Below, in pieces: positions 42,737-52,877 of a DNA stretch of 64,000 nucleotides. Under the pieces are notes generated by a model, which was not told the DNA's origin, ran no database searches, and saw only the letters and a program-made list of their open reading frames with translations. Each line of letters opens with the position of its first letter. The first letter of the stretch is position 1. The DNA comes from Candidatus Latescibacterota bacterium. Its GTDB lineage: Bacteria > Latescibacterota > UBA2968 > UBA8231. The DNA is taken from the NCBI GenBank assembly GCA_963422735.1, contig OY730476.1, forward strand, positions 4,512,001-4,576,000. The letters run 5' to 3'. Both the position numbers and the translations under genes were made by a program.

Positions 42737-44926
42737 TTAAAGTGAAGAAGGGGAGGGCATCGTCGCATCTGGATCGACTGCGTCCGATTGCAGGGCCGTC
42801 GGCCGCACGGTGGGCAGATCGATGGCCATCTCGGTAAATTCTCCAGGCTCGGAGTGGACCTTTATGGTGCCCCCGTGCTCGCGCACGATGTCGTTGGACA
42901 ACGCGAGCCCAAGCCCGGTCCCCTGATCGGTCGGCTTAGTCGTAAAGAACGGGTTAAAGATCTTATCGATGACATCCTGAGGAATCCCATTCCCATTGTC
43001 GCGGATGCGGATTTCGGCTTGGTCGGGCATTCGCCGGGTGGTGATCCAGAGCGTAGGTACATAGTCGGGTGTCGTCTCTGGAGAGTGCCGCTTCTCGTTG
43101 GTGGCGTAGCAGGCATTACTCACCATATTCAGAAAGACGCGGGCCAAGTCTTGGGGTACCACTTCTAACTCCCCCATCTCCTCGTCTAACTCCTCCTTAA
43201 TGTCGAGCTGAAAATTTGTATTGGTCGCTCGTGCGCTGTGAAAAGCGAGGCGGGCGTGTTCTTCGAGCAAGTCGTTGATATCCGCGGGTCGTGCCTCGCC
43301 CGACCCCCGGCCCATCTGCAGCATGTCGCGGACAATGCGGTTGGCGCGCTCTCCGTGTTCGCGGATGCGCCCGAGATTGTCGGTCAAGTCGCCGTTGATC
43401 TCGTCGATTAGCTCGCGCTGCTCTTCGTCTAGTTTCTGGCCGTCTTGCTCTAGGATCTCTTGCAATTCCTCTAACAGTTCCTCCGAGACTTCCGCGAAGT
43501 TCTTCACGAAGTTCAAGGGATTCTGGATTTCGTGTGCCACGCCCGCGGTGAGTTCGCCCAATGCGGCTAGTTTTTCGCGCATGACGATCTGACCCTGCGC
43601 CTGCTGTAGATCGTCGAGTACCTTTTCGAGCGTGGCATTTTTTTCTTCCAAATCGGCGGCCAGCTTTTCCACCAAGTTGAGCCGCTGGGCCTCCAAAGAG
43701 TGGCGGCGAAAGACTTCGAGGGCCGCAGCCATGTCTGCAACCTCGTCGTGCCCGGACATCTCGATCTTCGCCTCTAGGTCGCCTTCCGCCATGCGGCGCA
43801 TTCGGTTCGACAGAAATTCGAGGCGACGCAGTAGTACCCGGCCGACGAACAGCCAGGCGATCAGGATCGCTCCGGCGATGCTAATCGCGTTAAGAGCGAG
43901 CAGGAGCTTGCGGCCGGTGAAGATGGCTTGGGTGGAGGTTTGCGTGGCCTTCTGTGCGCTCACGCGGGCCATATTCACTAGGCCCTCTACCTCGGCGACT
44001 AGTGCAATGGACAAATTGCGGTTGCGGTCGAGCAGTGCTCGTTGTTGCTCAACGATCTGGAGTTCCGAGGCGCGCAGGGCGAAGATCTTCTCGTCCCCAC
44101 GGCCCAAGTCGAACAGGCGGTCAAAGGTCTGACCGAGCGCGCTGCGCAAGGAGCCTTTGTCAAGTGCGGCGAGTTTCCGCTCAATGCCCCCTACTGTGGA
44201 GTCGAAACGCTCTTGTAAAGGCTCTAGCAAGCGCGCGTCCGACAGACTGAAGGCATTGGTCAAAAGACGCGTGGCCGTAGTGGCCCCTTCCTGTAGCTCG
44301 GCCAGATCGCGATAACGAGAAAGTTCGGCTTCTGAAAGGTGCTGGACGCGAGGTGCGGGTGGTTCACCGAGAGTGCGGTAGCCGGTCATTGCGTAGAATA
44401 GCTGATCGTCGATGGCCGGAATCAAGATGCCGGTCAGCTCGTTTTGCAGTGTCTCTAGGTTTTTGTGCAACACGCGACTGCGCGCGTTGAGGTCAAAGCG
44501 CTTGGCCACCGAAGCCTCAATAGCGTTGATGTTGGCGATGAGGGTGTCGCCGCGGGCGCGAATCCGCGCTAAGCGTTCTTCGTCTGCGCCCTGCTGAGTT
44601 AGGGCCGCCAATTGCTTTTTAAAATCGTCCCGCTCGGAGGCAATTTTGGCGGCGACCTCGATAAATGCCTTCGGCTTCTCGGCCGCTGCCAAGCGCGGGG
44701 CTGCCGCTGCGAGGGTGCCGCTTTGCTGGGCGACCGCAAAAGCGGTGGCTATCTCCGGGACGGACCGCTCGTTTACCTGCCTTTGGGCATCGCCGACTTG
44801 GTCGAAGGAGAACCAGGCCACCAAGCTCGCGACCATGGTGAGGGCCACGGCCGTGCCGATGCCCATGTAGAGATGAAAGGCGATGCGGTGACGGGCTGCG
44901 AGCAAGCGTTTCAGTAGGGAGATCAT
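42737..44926 (-). CDS. Membrane sensor histidine kinase (TorS-like helical sensor, HAMP, HisKA, HATPase)
   Basis: Two TM helices around a long helical domain; DEVADMA (HAMP); AHEIQNPL; DNGNG, FNPFFTTK, GTGLGL. Confidence 0.9.
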   Translation of the reverse strand: MISLLKRLLAARHRIAFHLYMGIGTAVALTMVASLVAWFSFDQVGDAQRQVNERSVPEIATAFAVAQQSGTLAAAAPRLAAAEKPKAFIEVAAKIASERDDFKKQLAALTQQGADEERLARIRARGDTLIANINAIEASVAKRFDLNARSRVLHKNLETLQNELTGILIPAIDDQLFYAMTGYRTLGEPPAPRVQHLSEAELSRYRDLAELQEGATTATRLLTNAFSLSDARLLEPLQERFDSTVGGIERKLAALDKGSLRSALGQTFDRLFDLGRGDEKIFALRASELQIVEQQRALLDRNRNLSIALVAEVEGLVNMARVSAQKATQTSTQAIFTGRKLLLALNAISIAGAILIAWLFVGRVLLRRLEFLSNRMRRMAEGDLEAKIEMSGHDEVADMAAALEVFRRHSLEAQRLNLVEKLAADLEEKNATLEKVLDDLQQAQGQIVMREKLAALGELTAGVAHEIQNPLNFVKNFAEVSEELLEELQEILEQDGQKLDEEQRELIDEINGDLTDNLGRIREHGERANRIVRDMLQMGRGSGEARPADINDLLEEHARLAFHSARATNTNFQLDIKEELDEEMGELEVVPQDLARVFLNMVSNACYATNEKRHSPETTPDYVPTLWITTRRMPDQAEIRIRDNGNGIPQDVIDKIFNPFFTTKPTDQGTGLGLALSNDIVREHGGTIKVHSEPGEFTEMAIDLPTVRPTALQSDAVDPDATMPSPSSL

Positions 44927-46092
44927 GGCTTCGTCGCGCTCTTTAAGGAGCGGATGGAGCGGTATTGGCCATCGCTGTCGATCACGGTGAGGAATACCGC
45001 GTCCGAACCCTGATTATCGCTATCCCCGTAGTGGAGCTCGAACCCCTCTAGATCGATGACATCGGCGCGGCGCAAGTTGTTTAATAGGCAGGCGCGGCTG
45101 ATCTCCCGGTCACAGCTAGTGAGGGCGGCGATGGCCAAGCGGCCGGCTAGGTAGCCCTCGAATGAGACAAAGCTAGGCTCTGCTCTCGGGGCGTAGGCTG
45201 CGAGAGCACGGCGGTACGAGCCAACGATGGCCGGTTCGGTGGCCGTTGGGAAGGGCACGACCTGAGAGACTAAAACCCCAGTGCCGGCGGAGCCGAGTTC
45301 CCGCGCCAATGCTTTACTGCCTACGAATGAGATAGTCGCAAAGATGGGGGTGAAACTCGTCGCTTGCGCCCAGGCGATTAGGGTTGCGACTGGCTGGTAG
45401 GTTCCGACCAAAATCACAGCTTGGGGACGGCCGCTGCGCAGGTCGAGTAGGGCGGTCTTCACCGCCTTGGTGTTGCGCGGATACACGCCGACCGCCACGA
45501 GGGATAGCGCGCGACGCTCTAGCGCACGCCGCACGCCGCGAAACCCCTCCCGACCGAAGGAGTCGTCTTGGTACATTATGGCAATGCGCTCGATGCCTAA
45601 GTCGTCGGTCAGGCGGGCGACGATTTCCTCGGTTTCCTGATAGTAGGAGGCACGCATGTTGACCACGCCGTGCCACTTGGGGTCGCGGAGAAAACTACTG
45701 CCCGTGAAGGGAGCGATGTAGGGGACGCCGGCGTCTTCGGCAATGGGAACGGCTGCGCGCGAGGTTGGGGTGCCGACGGCACCAATCAGCGCGAAGACCT
45801 GCTCGCCTTCGATTAGCTGGCGGGTGTTGTCGATGGCGGCTTCCGGCTCGTACCCGTCGTCGAGCGACACCAACTCGATCCGGCGCCCATGCACCCCGCC
45901 CTGCTCATTCACCTCCCGGAAGGCCGCCTGCATCCCAAGCCGCATGTTCCGGCCCAACTCTAGGGCTGGGCCACTAAAGGCAGCGGATTGGCCAAAGAGG
46001 ATACTCCGGTCGGATACACCGAACTGTTCCCCGCCAAGCGCAGCACTCGCAACCAGTAGTGCGGCCGCGCACCGAGCAAGTGCGTTGCTCAA
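44923..46092 (-). CDS. Periplasmic binding protein, LivK-like type I, with no adjacent permease
   Basis: Signal peptide, GQSAAFSGP, DDGYEP, VGTPT, RASY. Confidence 0.85.
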   Translation of the reverse strand: MSNALARCAAALLVASAALGGEQFGVSDRSILFGQSAAFSGPALELGRNMRLGMQAAFREVNEQGGVHGRRIELVSLDDGYEPEAAIDNTRQLIEGEQVFALIGAVGTPTSRAAVPIAEDAGVPYIAPFTGSSFLRDPKWHGVVNMRASYYQETEEIVARLTDDLGIERIAIMYQDDSFGREGFRGVRRALERRALSLVAVGVYPRNTKAVKTALLDLRSGRPQAVILVGTYQPVATLIAWAQATSFTPIFATISFVGSKALARELGSAGTGVLVSQVVPFPTATEPAIVGSYRRALAAYAPRAEPSFVSFEGYLAGRLAIAALTSCDREISRACLLNNLRRADVIDLEGFELHYGDSDNQGSDAVFLTVIDSDGQYRSIRSLKSATKP

Positions 46093-46511
46093 TTATCCCT
46101 CCGCTTGACCAAGGTCAGGCAGTTCTTGTTTTGTTGTCGCTGGTAGTGGACCTCGTCCATCATGGTGCGCACTAGGTAGATGCCGAGACCGCCTACGGTG
46201 CGGTCCTCAACAGTGGCTTCCAAGTCCGGATCTGGGGCGTCGCTGAGCGGGTTGAAGGCCTGGCCGTCGTCCTCGACCTCGATAGTGATCGCCTCGTCCT
46301 CTGAGGAGATGACAATCTCGATTTCGTGGGCTTTGCCGTCGTCGTGCCCGTACTCGACGATGTTGACCCCCAATTCCTCAATGGCCAGCCCAATTTGGAA
46401 GGTGAGATCTGGAGGCCAGTTTTCTTTTTCTGCCAGATCTTCAACAGCAGCGTTGACCTTCCGCAGCTCGTCCCGATCGGTCGCCATGCGCAGCGATTTC
46501 TGAGCGCTCAT
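46089..46511 (-). CDS. Anti-sigma factor Ser kinase (RsbW-like)
   Basis: IEELGVNIVEYG, DDGQAFNP, GGLGIYL. Confidence 0.9.
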   Translation of the reverse strand: MSAQKSLRMATDRDELRKVNAAVEDLAEKENWPPDLTFQIGLAIEELGVNIVEYGHDDGKAHEIEIVISSEDEAITIEVEDDGQAFNPLSDAPDPDLEATVEDRTVGGLGIYLVRTMMDEVHYQRQQNKNCLTLVKRRDN

Positions 46512-47677
46512 TGGTCGGTCTCACTGCGGCGAAGCGTCAGGCAGGTGACGTCGTCAAATTGGGGGGCCGCGCCGGCAAAGGCATCGACCGCGTCAAAAAC
46601 CGCCGCGTTGGTGGCGTGGATATCCTTGGGCGGCCCGCTGGCGAAAACCTCACAGAGGCGCTCTAACTCGAACTGGTCGCCTTGGTCGTTTTCGGCCTCG
46701 GTGACACCATCGGTGTACAAGACGACGAGGTCGCCGGACCGCAGGGTAACCGAGCTTTCTTCGTAGGTGAAGTCTGGCACCACTCCGAGCGCCACCCCGC
46801 CGGTCAGCGGAAGCAGGGTTGAGCTGCCGTCGGCGTGGACCACGAGCGGGGCATTGTGCCCGCCATTGGCATAGGTCAGCTCGCCGTTTGCTGGGTCGAA
46901 CGTCGCGTAAAAGACGGTTACGAACATGGCGTCGTCGTTTTCTTCTTGCAGCAGTTGGTTTACTTCGCTCAACACCTTGCCCGGCGCATCGCGACCGATG
47001 GCCGCGCCCTTCAGCAGGGTGCGGCTCGACATCATAAACAGGGCCGCAGGTACGCCCTTGTCCGAGACATCGGCGACGGCGAGGCCGATGCGGCCGTCGT
47101 CGAGGGACAACACGTCGAAGAAGTCACCGCCGACGTCGCGCGCGGGCTTCATGCTGCCGAAGATCTCAAAGCCATGGCCCTCGGGGAAACTGGTGGGCAA
47201 GATGGACTGCTGCATCTTGTTGGCCACGTTGAGTTCGTTTTGCAGGGAGACCAGTTTGTCGCGTGACTCCAGAGCCTCGCGCCATAGCTCTAGATGGCGC
47301 AAGGTCCGTTGGATAGTCACCCGCATGTCCTCGAAGTCGATGGGCTTGGTGATGAAGTCAAACGCGCCCCGGTTCATGGCCGTGCGGATGTTCTTCATGT
47401 CGCCGTATGCCGAGACGATGACCGAGCGGATGTTGGGGTCCACCTTGGGGATCTGCTCTAGCAAGGCGAGCCCGTCCATCCGGGGCATGTTGATATCCGA
47501 GAGCACCATGTCGATGTCTTGCTCTTCGTTTAGCACCTCTAGGGCTTCAACACCGTTTTGGGCGAACATAAAGCAGTACTGGCCCGAGCGAATCTCGCGG
47601 CGCATGCGTTGCCTCACTAGGTGCTCTATATCTGGCTCGTCATCAACGACGAGGATCTTGGGCTGTATTATTGCCAT
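46508..47677 (-). CDS. Receiver domain fused to PP2C/SpoIIE phosphatase (RsbU-like)
   Basis: LVVDDE, SDINMP, KP; VGGDFFD, ADVSDKG, YTDGVTE, DDVT. Confidence 0.92.
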   Translation of the reverse strand: MAIIQPKILVVDDEPDIEHLVRQRMRREIRSGQYCFMFAQNGVEALEVLNEEQDIDMVLSDINMPRMDGLALLEQIPKVDPNIRSVIVSAYGDMKNIRTAMNRGAFDFITKPIDFEDMRVTIQRTLRHLELWREALESRDKLVSLQNELNVANKMQQSILPTSFPEGHGFEIFGSMKPARDVGGDFFDVLSLDDGRIGLAVADVSDKGVPAALFMMSSRTLLKGAAIGRDAPGKVLSEVNQLLQEENDDAMFVTVFYATFDPANGELTYANGGHNAPLVVHADGSSTLLPLTGGVALGVVPDFTYEESSVTLRSGDLVVLYTDGVTEAENDQGDQFELERLCEVFASGPPKDIHATNAAVFDAVDAFAGAAPQFDDVTCLTLRRSETDQ

Positions 47678-47720
47678 TTTTCTTTCCAAATTGGTTTAGC
47701 CTAACGCGGCTGTCAAACGG

Positions 47721-48848
47721 TTAATCTCCCGGCTCCACCACTACCTTCATGGCCTCTTCGCTGCCGGTAATGTCGAGGCCCTCACGGATGTGGGACAGCG
47801 GCAGCCGGTGCGTGATAAAACGATCCAAGGGCGCGGTGGTGCGGCGCAAAAAAGCTAGCGCGGTCTTGAACTGCATGGAAGGATATGCCCACATGCCGCG
47901 GATGTCCAAATCCTTAAAACAGACGATATGCGGGCGAATCTCTACTCCCCCTGGATCGGTGAAGTGACCCACCTCTACGACGATCCCACCCCGGCGCACC
48001 AAGTCGAGCGATTCCTTGAAGGCTACGGGCACACCGGCTGTTTCAATGACGATATCAGCCCCCGCGCCCTCGGTCATGTCTTGAAGGGCCTGCTGCCGCT
48101 GCTCAGGGCTACCTTCTCCCATCGCGAGTACTTTATGAGCGCCCATGGCACGGGCGAGTTCCAGCCGGGCCGCGCTTATGTCGCCGGCAATAATCAGGTC
48201 AGTGCCGATGTGGCTCAGCACCGCCACCACGAGCTGGCCGATGGGGCCAGCTCCGAGGACCAGCACGGATTTGTCGAGGCCCAGCCCCTCGCCGATGTGC
48301 GGGATGCCCGGCCCCAAGGCGCGCTCTACAGCCCGGGTGGCCACGGCCGCTGGCTCGGTGAGCACGGCGCGTTCCGAGGGCAGGTCGTCGGGAATCTTGA
48401 AGAGCCACGAGTGGCCCGTCAAATGCAAGTATTCGGCAAAGCCGCCGCGCGGCATGGGCGCGAGATCGGCGGACACGAATCCGTACACAAAGCGGTTGGC
48501 ACACAGGGTGGGCCGTTGGGGCATGTGCAGGCAGTAGTAGCACCGCCCACAGGCCCGCGACGAGGGCGTCGTGGTCACGCGGTCGCCTACCGCAACCGGA
48601 CCGCCCACTATGGCCAAGCTATCGGCTGCGGCCGGACCCATCTCTTCGATGGTGCCCACTAATTCGTGGCCGGGTATCACTGGAAACGGCAGGGACATGT
48701 GGCCGGCGAACAGGTGCTTATCGCTGCCGCAGATACCCGTGCGCTCGATTTTCAATAGAACTTCGTCGTCTCCGATCTGGGGTTTGGGATACGAGCGTAC
48801 GGCGATCTGGCCTGGGCCAGTCATAATCGCTGCCTGTATCTGAGCCAT
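47721..48848 (-). CDS. Zn-binding dehydrogenase
   Basis: ICGSD, GHE, CGRCYYC, GAGPIG. Confidence 0.9.
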   Translation of the reverse strand: MAQIQAAIMTGPGQIAVRSYPKPQIGDDEVLLKIERTGICGSDKHLFAGHMSLPFPVIPGHELVGTIEEMGPAAADSLAIVGGPVAVGDRVTTTPSSRACGRCYYCLHMPQRPTLCANRFVYGFVSADLAPMPRGGFAEYLHLTGHSWLFKIPDDLPSERAVLTEPAAVATRAVERALGPGIPHIGEGLGLDKSVLVLGAGPIGQLVVAVLSHIGTDLIIAGDISAARLELARAMGAHKVLAMGEGSPEQRQQALQDMTEGAGADIVIETAGVPVAFKESLDLVRRGGIVVEVGHFTDPGGVEIRPHIVCFKDLDIRGMWAYPSMQFKTALAFLRRTTAPLDRFITHRLPLSHIREGLDITGSEEAMKVVVEPGD

Positions 48849-48881
48849 GTTTTTCTTCTCCTATACTCTATACATTATAAA

Positions 48882-49637
48882 TTAATAGCCAATGCTGTGC
48901 ATGTACTGGCGGTTGATTTGCATCTTCTCGGTTTCGGGCCGCTCGGCTTCTCCGGGGCAGACCGTGACCCAGCCGGCGTACCCGGCCTCCTGCAACGCCG
49001 CCATAAATGCCGGGTAGTCGCACATGGGACCTTCGCCCAACTCCACAGTCTGTCCGTCTTTGAAATCGTGCAGATGTACGTACGCGATCTGCTTGGCGAA
49101 ATCGCGCACGGCTTGAACCGGGTCGTAGCCCCAATGCACGGCGTGGGACATGTCCATACAAAGGCTGCACACGTCTAGGCGCCCCATGAAACGCTTCCAC
49201 TCTGCGGTGCTGTCGACGAGGTGATTGATATGTGGATGAAACGCAACCACAACGCCCAAATTAGCGCCGTACGCGGCTAGATCCTCGTACGCGGCCGCCA
49301 TCCGGTCCAGCTCCGCGTCCGTGCCGTTCCGGCCCTCGCGCCCCGGCCCTTTGGTCATAAAGGTCTCGACCCCGAGCTCGGCGGCAAACTCGATTCGCCG
49401 CTTGTTGATCTGTTGGCTCGGCCCGTCGAGGTTCAGCGCGACATTCGGCCCGCAGACAGCGGCCACTTCCACGCCAGATGCTTCGCAGAGCCGTCGCACG
49501 CGCTGCGGCGTGCCCAACCAGTCGAGCGGTTGCCGCGCCTCCCAGCCATCCCAGCCAAAAGCCCGCAGGGCCTCTAGCTCCTGGGCTAGGTCGGGTGCCT
49601 GCCAGAATAGGCCGCTGTACGCCAATTTGTAGCTCAT
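48882..49637 (-). CDS. Sugar phosphate isomerase/epimerase (AP endonuclease 2 / IolE-like TIM barrel)
   Basis: FHPH, DMSH, YVHLHD, ELGEG. Confidence 0.82.
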   Translation of the reverse strand: MSYKLAYSGLFWQAPDLAQELEALRAFGWDGWEARQPLDWLGTPQRVRRLCEASGVEVAAVCGPNVALNLDGPSQQINKRRIEFAAELGVETFMTKGPGREGRNGTDAELDRMAAAYEDLAAYGANLGVVVAFHPHINHLVDSTAEWKRFMGRLDVCSLCMDMSHAVHWGYDPVQAVRDFAKQIAYVHLHDFKDGQTVELGEGPMCDYPAFMAALQEAGYAGWVTVCPGEAERPETEKMQINRQYMHSIGY

Positions 49638-49850
49638 TTCCCTACGCCTGCCGTAGAGGTCCCAATGTACCCAACCGCCAAGGATGGGGCAATGGACCGC
49701 CGCCGTTGTGAATAGAAATTTAAACGAGATGGTACACGAGGTACTATACAAGTAAGATAGGCGCGAAATCAGAAGCGATTTCGCACTCTTGAGAACGTCT
49801 TTTTAAAGATAACTATAGATATAAGTAGACGTAATGAGGAGGTATCCTAA

Positions 49851-50087
49851 ATGGGCGCGAAATCTCACATCGCCAGATGGGGCACCAGCTTAGCCGTCCG
49901 CATCCCCAAGCCCATCGCCGAGCAATGGGGCGTTCGCGAAGGCTCTGCCATCGAGATAGTCTCGCACGGCGACCAAGTTGTGATGCGCAAGAGGATCTAT
50001 AACCTAGCCGACATGCTGGATCAGGCGACGGCAGACAATCTTCATTCCGAGTTGGACACCGGCCTAGTCCGAGGCAACGAGGCATGA
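49851..50087 (+). CDS. mazE: AbrB/MazE antitoxin
   Basis: RWGTSLAVRIPK...LHSELDTG.VRGNE; ATGA overlap with mazF. Confidence 0.88.
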   Translation: MGAKSHIARWGTSLAVRIPKPIAEQWGVREGSAIEIVSHGDQVVMRKRIYNLADMLDQATADNLHSELDTGLVRGNEA

Positions 50088-50291
50088 TAGAGCGAGCGTA
50101 TGTCCCGGGCACAGGGGACATTGTGTGGCTCTCCTTCACACCTCAGGCTGAACATGAACAAGCTGGGCGGGTCTGAGTCCGAGAAGCTACAACGAGAAAA
50201 CAGGCTTAGGTCTGTTCTGTCCTATCACGTCCCAAGTCAAGGGCTATCCCCTCCCGCCAGTACCGTTACGGGAGTCATCCTGGCCGAGTAG
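50084..50291 (+). pseudogene. mazF: MazF/PemK toxin with internal deletions
   Basis: MIERAYVPGTGDIVWLSFTPQAEHEQAGR / LSPRSYNEKTGLGLFCPITSQVKGYP / VTGVILAE* in shifting frames. Confidence 0.88.
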
Positions 50292-50310
50292 ATCCTCCTG
50301 TAAGCCGGAA

Positions 50311-51702
50311 TCACAGAGACTGCAAAAAGGCCACGAGCGCGTCCCGATCGTTCCGGTCGAGTTGGCGCACGAATTCCCGTGCTGTTTCCGCCTCGCCGCC
50401 GTGGAACATGACAGCTTCCATCAGCGTGCGCGCCCGACCATCGTGCAGATACGCTGGAATGCCATTGACCGTTGCCGTCAGGCCAATGCCCCACAGCGGC
50501 GGTGTGCGCCATGCGCGGCCATCGGCCTCAAAGTCGGGACGGTCGTCGGCCAACTCTTCCCCCATATCGTGCAACAGCAGATCCGTGTAGGGATGAATAG
50601 TCTGGTTGGATAGGGCCGCAATTTCGTGGTGGCCCGTCCGCAAGGTGGGGATGTGGCATCCCGAGCACTGGGCCGCAGCAAAAACTGCTTCACCGCGCAA
50701 AACCTGCGGATCGTCTATGTTGCGGCGGGCGGGCACAGCTAGGGTTCGCACGTAAAAGGTGTTGATCGCCAGCGTCTCCTCGCCAATCTCAGGGTCGTCT
50801 TGGTGCCCGTCCATTTGCGGCTGGCCGGCGGTGGACTCCGCGGGGAAATAGGGGCTGGTGATACCCATGTCTTGGTGGTAGGCCCCGGCGACCTGCTGCA
50901 ACAGGTCGGGATTGTTGGCCTTGAGACCAAAGCGACCCAATTCAGTCCGTCGTGTGCGGAAATTGTACACCCAATTGGGGCGGCCGGATATGCCGTCGCC
51001 GTTGCTGTCGCTTGGGTCGGCCAGCGCCAAAATAGCCTCTTCGGGAACAGCTTCGAGCAGACCGCGGCCAAAAACCGGCGGGGCCATGCGCGGCGAGAAC
51101 AGGGCGTCCCCCGGAAGCGGTTGATAGGTCTCCACTACGTCGTAAACCGGAAAGCGCAGGAAGTACACTGCGCCGTCGGCAAAAAGGCGGGTCTCTTCAA
51201 AGTAGGTAACATCGATCCGCGCTTCGGGTGCGACCCCGAAAACGGCGCGATCCCCAATCTGTTCGCCAAATCCCGGCACAGGCCGCGGTCCCCCAGGCAC
51301 TGCGGGATTGGTGCCGGGCAGGCTGACCCGCATGAGCATGGAGCCGACAAAAGGGGCGGTATCGCCAAACCCTTCGCGCCCCCGGCCATCGCGGGCGTGA
51401 CAGCCCGCGCACGAGGTCTGATTGAAAATCGGTCCTAGGCCATGCCCCACTTCGGCGGGCGCGGTGACAAAGACCTGTTCAAAGGCCGCGTCCCCGGCCA
51501 AGAAGCGGTCCATTTCCATCCCGTTCAAGGAGGGGATGGGGTTTTCAAACGCCAGACTGCTGGCGTCAAAGACCGTCGCCGCTCCGCCGGATAGTGCGCG
51601 GTCGTCCTCCACGGGAGTCGGTCCTAACCCGCGGTCGTCGCTGCACTGGGTGAGCGTAGCTAGAAGGCCCATATAGAGTATGGACGTACGGGTAATGAAC
51701 AT
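50311..51702 (-). CDS. Di-heme oxidoreductase (DHOR) family lipoprotein
   Basis: Two CxxCH motifs (CAGCH, CSGCH), GLGPIFN, YTDLLLHDMG, WRTPPLWG, YLHDGRA. Confidence 0.9.
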   Translation of the reverse strand: MFITRTSILYMGLLATLTQCSDDRGLGPTPVEDDRALSGGAATVFDASSLAFENPIPSLNGMEMDRFLAGDAAFEQVFVTAPAEVGHGLGPIFNQTSCAGCHARDGRGREGFGDTAPFVGSMLMRVSLPGTNPAVPGGPRPVPGFGEQIGDRAVFGVAPEARIDVTYFEETRLFADGAVYFLRFPVYDVVETYQPLPGDALFSPRMAPPVFGRGLLEAVPEEAILALADPSDSNGDGISGRPNWVYNFRTRRTELGRFGLKANNPDLLQQVAGAYHQDMGITSPYFPAESTAGQPQMDGHQDDPEIGEETLAINTFYVRTLAVPARRNIDDPQVLRGEAVFAAAQCSGCHIPTLRTGHHEIAALSNQTIHPYTDLLLHDMGEELADDRPDFEADGRAWRTPPLWGIGLTATVNGIPAYLHDGRARTLMEAVMFHGGEAETAREFVRQLDRNDRDALVAFLQSL

Positions 51703-51717
51703 TTATGAGAAACGAAT

Positions 51718-52791
51718 TCAATTACCTAAAACCAGCGGCAGGATATCTTCTTCCAAGGTTTGCTGAACCTTGGCCACCGCAGCCTGCGCCGTTTCGATTT
51801 GGTCCCGATCCGAGGCAATGGCGTCGCGGAAGGGCTGCTGGATGCGGCCGATCTCGTCGATGGCCGTCTGGATTTCCCGTTTGAGCCGCTGATCTAGGTC
51901 GGCGTCGGATCGGCGGATGAATTCGTCCAAGCCCGCTCCGGTGCCCGCGTAGTCGCCAGTATAGATGTGCTGGACGCTGCGGAGATTGTTCTGGAAATCG
52001 ACGATGGAGTTGAAACTAAACTGCGATTCAACGAGGCGAGGGTCTTGCTCGACGAAGGGGTCGGCGATTTTGCCGTTGGCCACCTCGTCGCAGATGCCGA
52101 TCATGCCGTTGACCATCTCCTGCACCGCCGACTGGGCGGACGGATAAGCGTCGCTGCCATTTCCGGCGTCGCGGACCTTTTGGCCAAAGTTGCCGCCGGT
52201 GGCAATCCAGCTATTGTGCAGGGCGCTGGCCGTGGCCCGCAGATCTTGGGTTGTGGCGATCAGATAGGCGAACTCGCGCTTGGTGAAATCGGCCGCAGTC
52301 TTGCTGCCTCCTTCGTCAAAGAGCAGGTACTCAATGGTGTGGAAGCCTTTGAGGGTCCCGTCCAGCCCGCCCACGTACGCGGTCGTCAATTCGTTGTCGC
52401 TGGCCAACACCCCGTCCAAGTCCGTGCGGTTGACCGGCCAACTGTCCAGCGATGGATCGTACCCGTTGAAGTCCACCGGCCCAAACAGAAACCCCTCGCT
52501 GGCTTCCCAGGGGATGCGCGTGGCCACCCAAGCGTCCCGGGCCGCGCTGAGGTTTTCAGCAGTGGGGTCGCTGTGCAGGGCCTCGACCGCGGCGAGCAGT
52601 TCGCCGGCCCGCTCGTCCAAATCCGTGTACGTGGCAATTACTACTTGGTCAGTGAAGTTGCTCAAGATGGGCGCAAAGTCGAACTCGGCCGCGGCGGGCC
52701 CGGTGGGTAGATCGCTGTCGTCGCCGCAGCCGGCAATGATCAACAGACTGCAAGTGAATAGGATCCCCCATCGCAAGAACGTGGCTTTCAT
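51718..52791 (-). CDS. Imelysin/IrpA-like iron-regulated lipoprotein (peptidase M75 fold)
   Basis: Lipobox IAGC, WE.SEGFLFGP, DSWP, GFHTIEY (GxHxxE). Confidence 0.88.
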   Translation of the reverse strand: MKATFLRWGILFTCSLLIIAGCGDDSDLPTGPAAAEFDFAPILSNFTDQVVIATYTDLDERAGELLAAVEALHSDPTAENLSAARDAWVATRIPWEASEGFLFGPVDFNGYDPSLDSWPVNRTDLDGVLASDNELTTAYVGGLDGTLKGFHTIEYLLFDEGGSKTAADFTKREFAYLIATTQDLRATASALHNSWIATGGNFGQKVRDAGNGSDAYPSAQSAVQEMVNGMIGICDEVANGKIADPFVEQDPRLVESQFSFNSIVDFQNNLRSVQHIYTGDYAGTGAGLDEFIRRSDADLDQRLKREIQTAIDEIGRIQQPFRDAIASDRDQIETAQAAVAKVQQTLEEDILPLVLGN

Positions 52792-52877
52792 AAGAGTAGC
52801 CCCTTTTCGTAAGAATTGAAATCCAGCGCACAGGCAACTTCCACCAGTACCCGATTTCACAGTGAATGGCTATTTTT

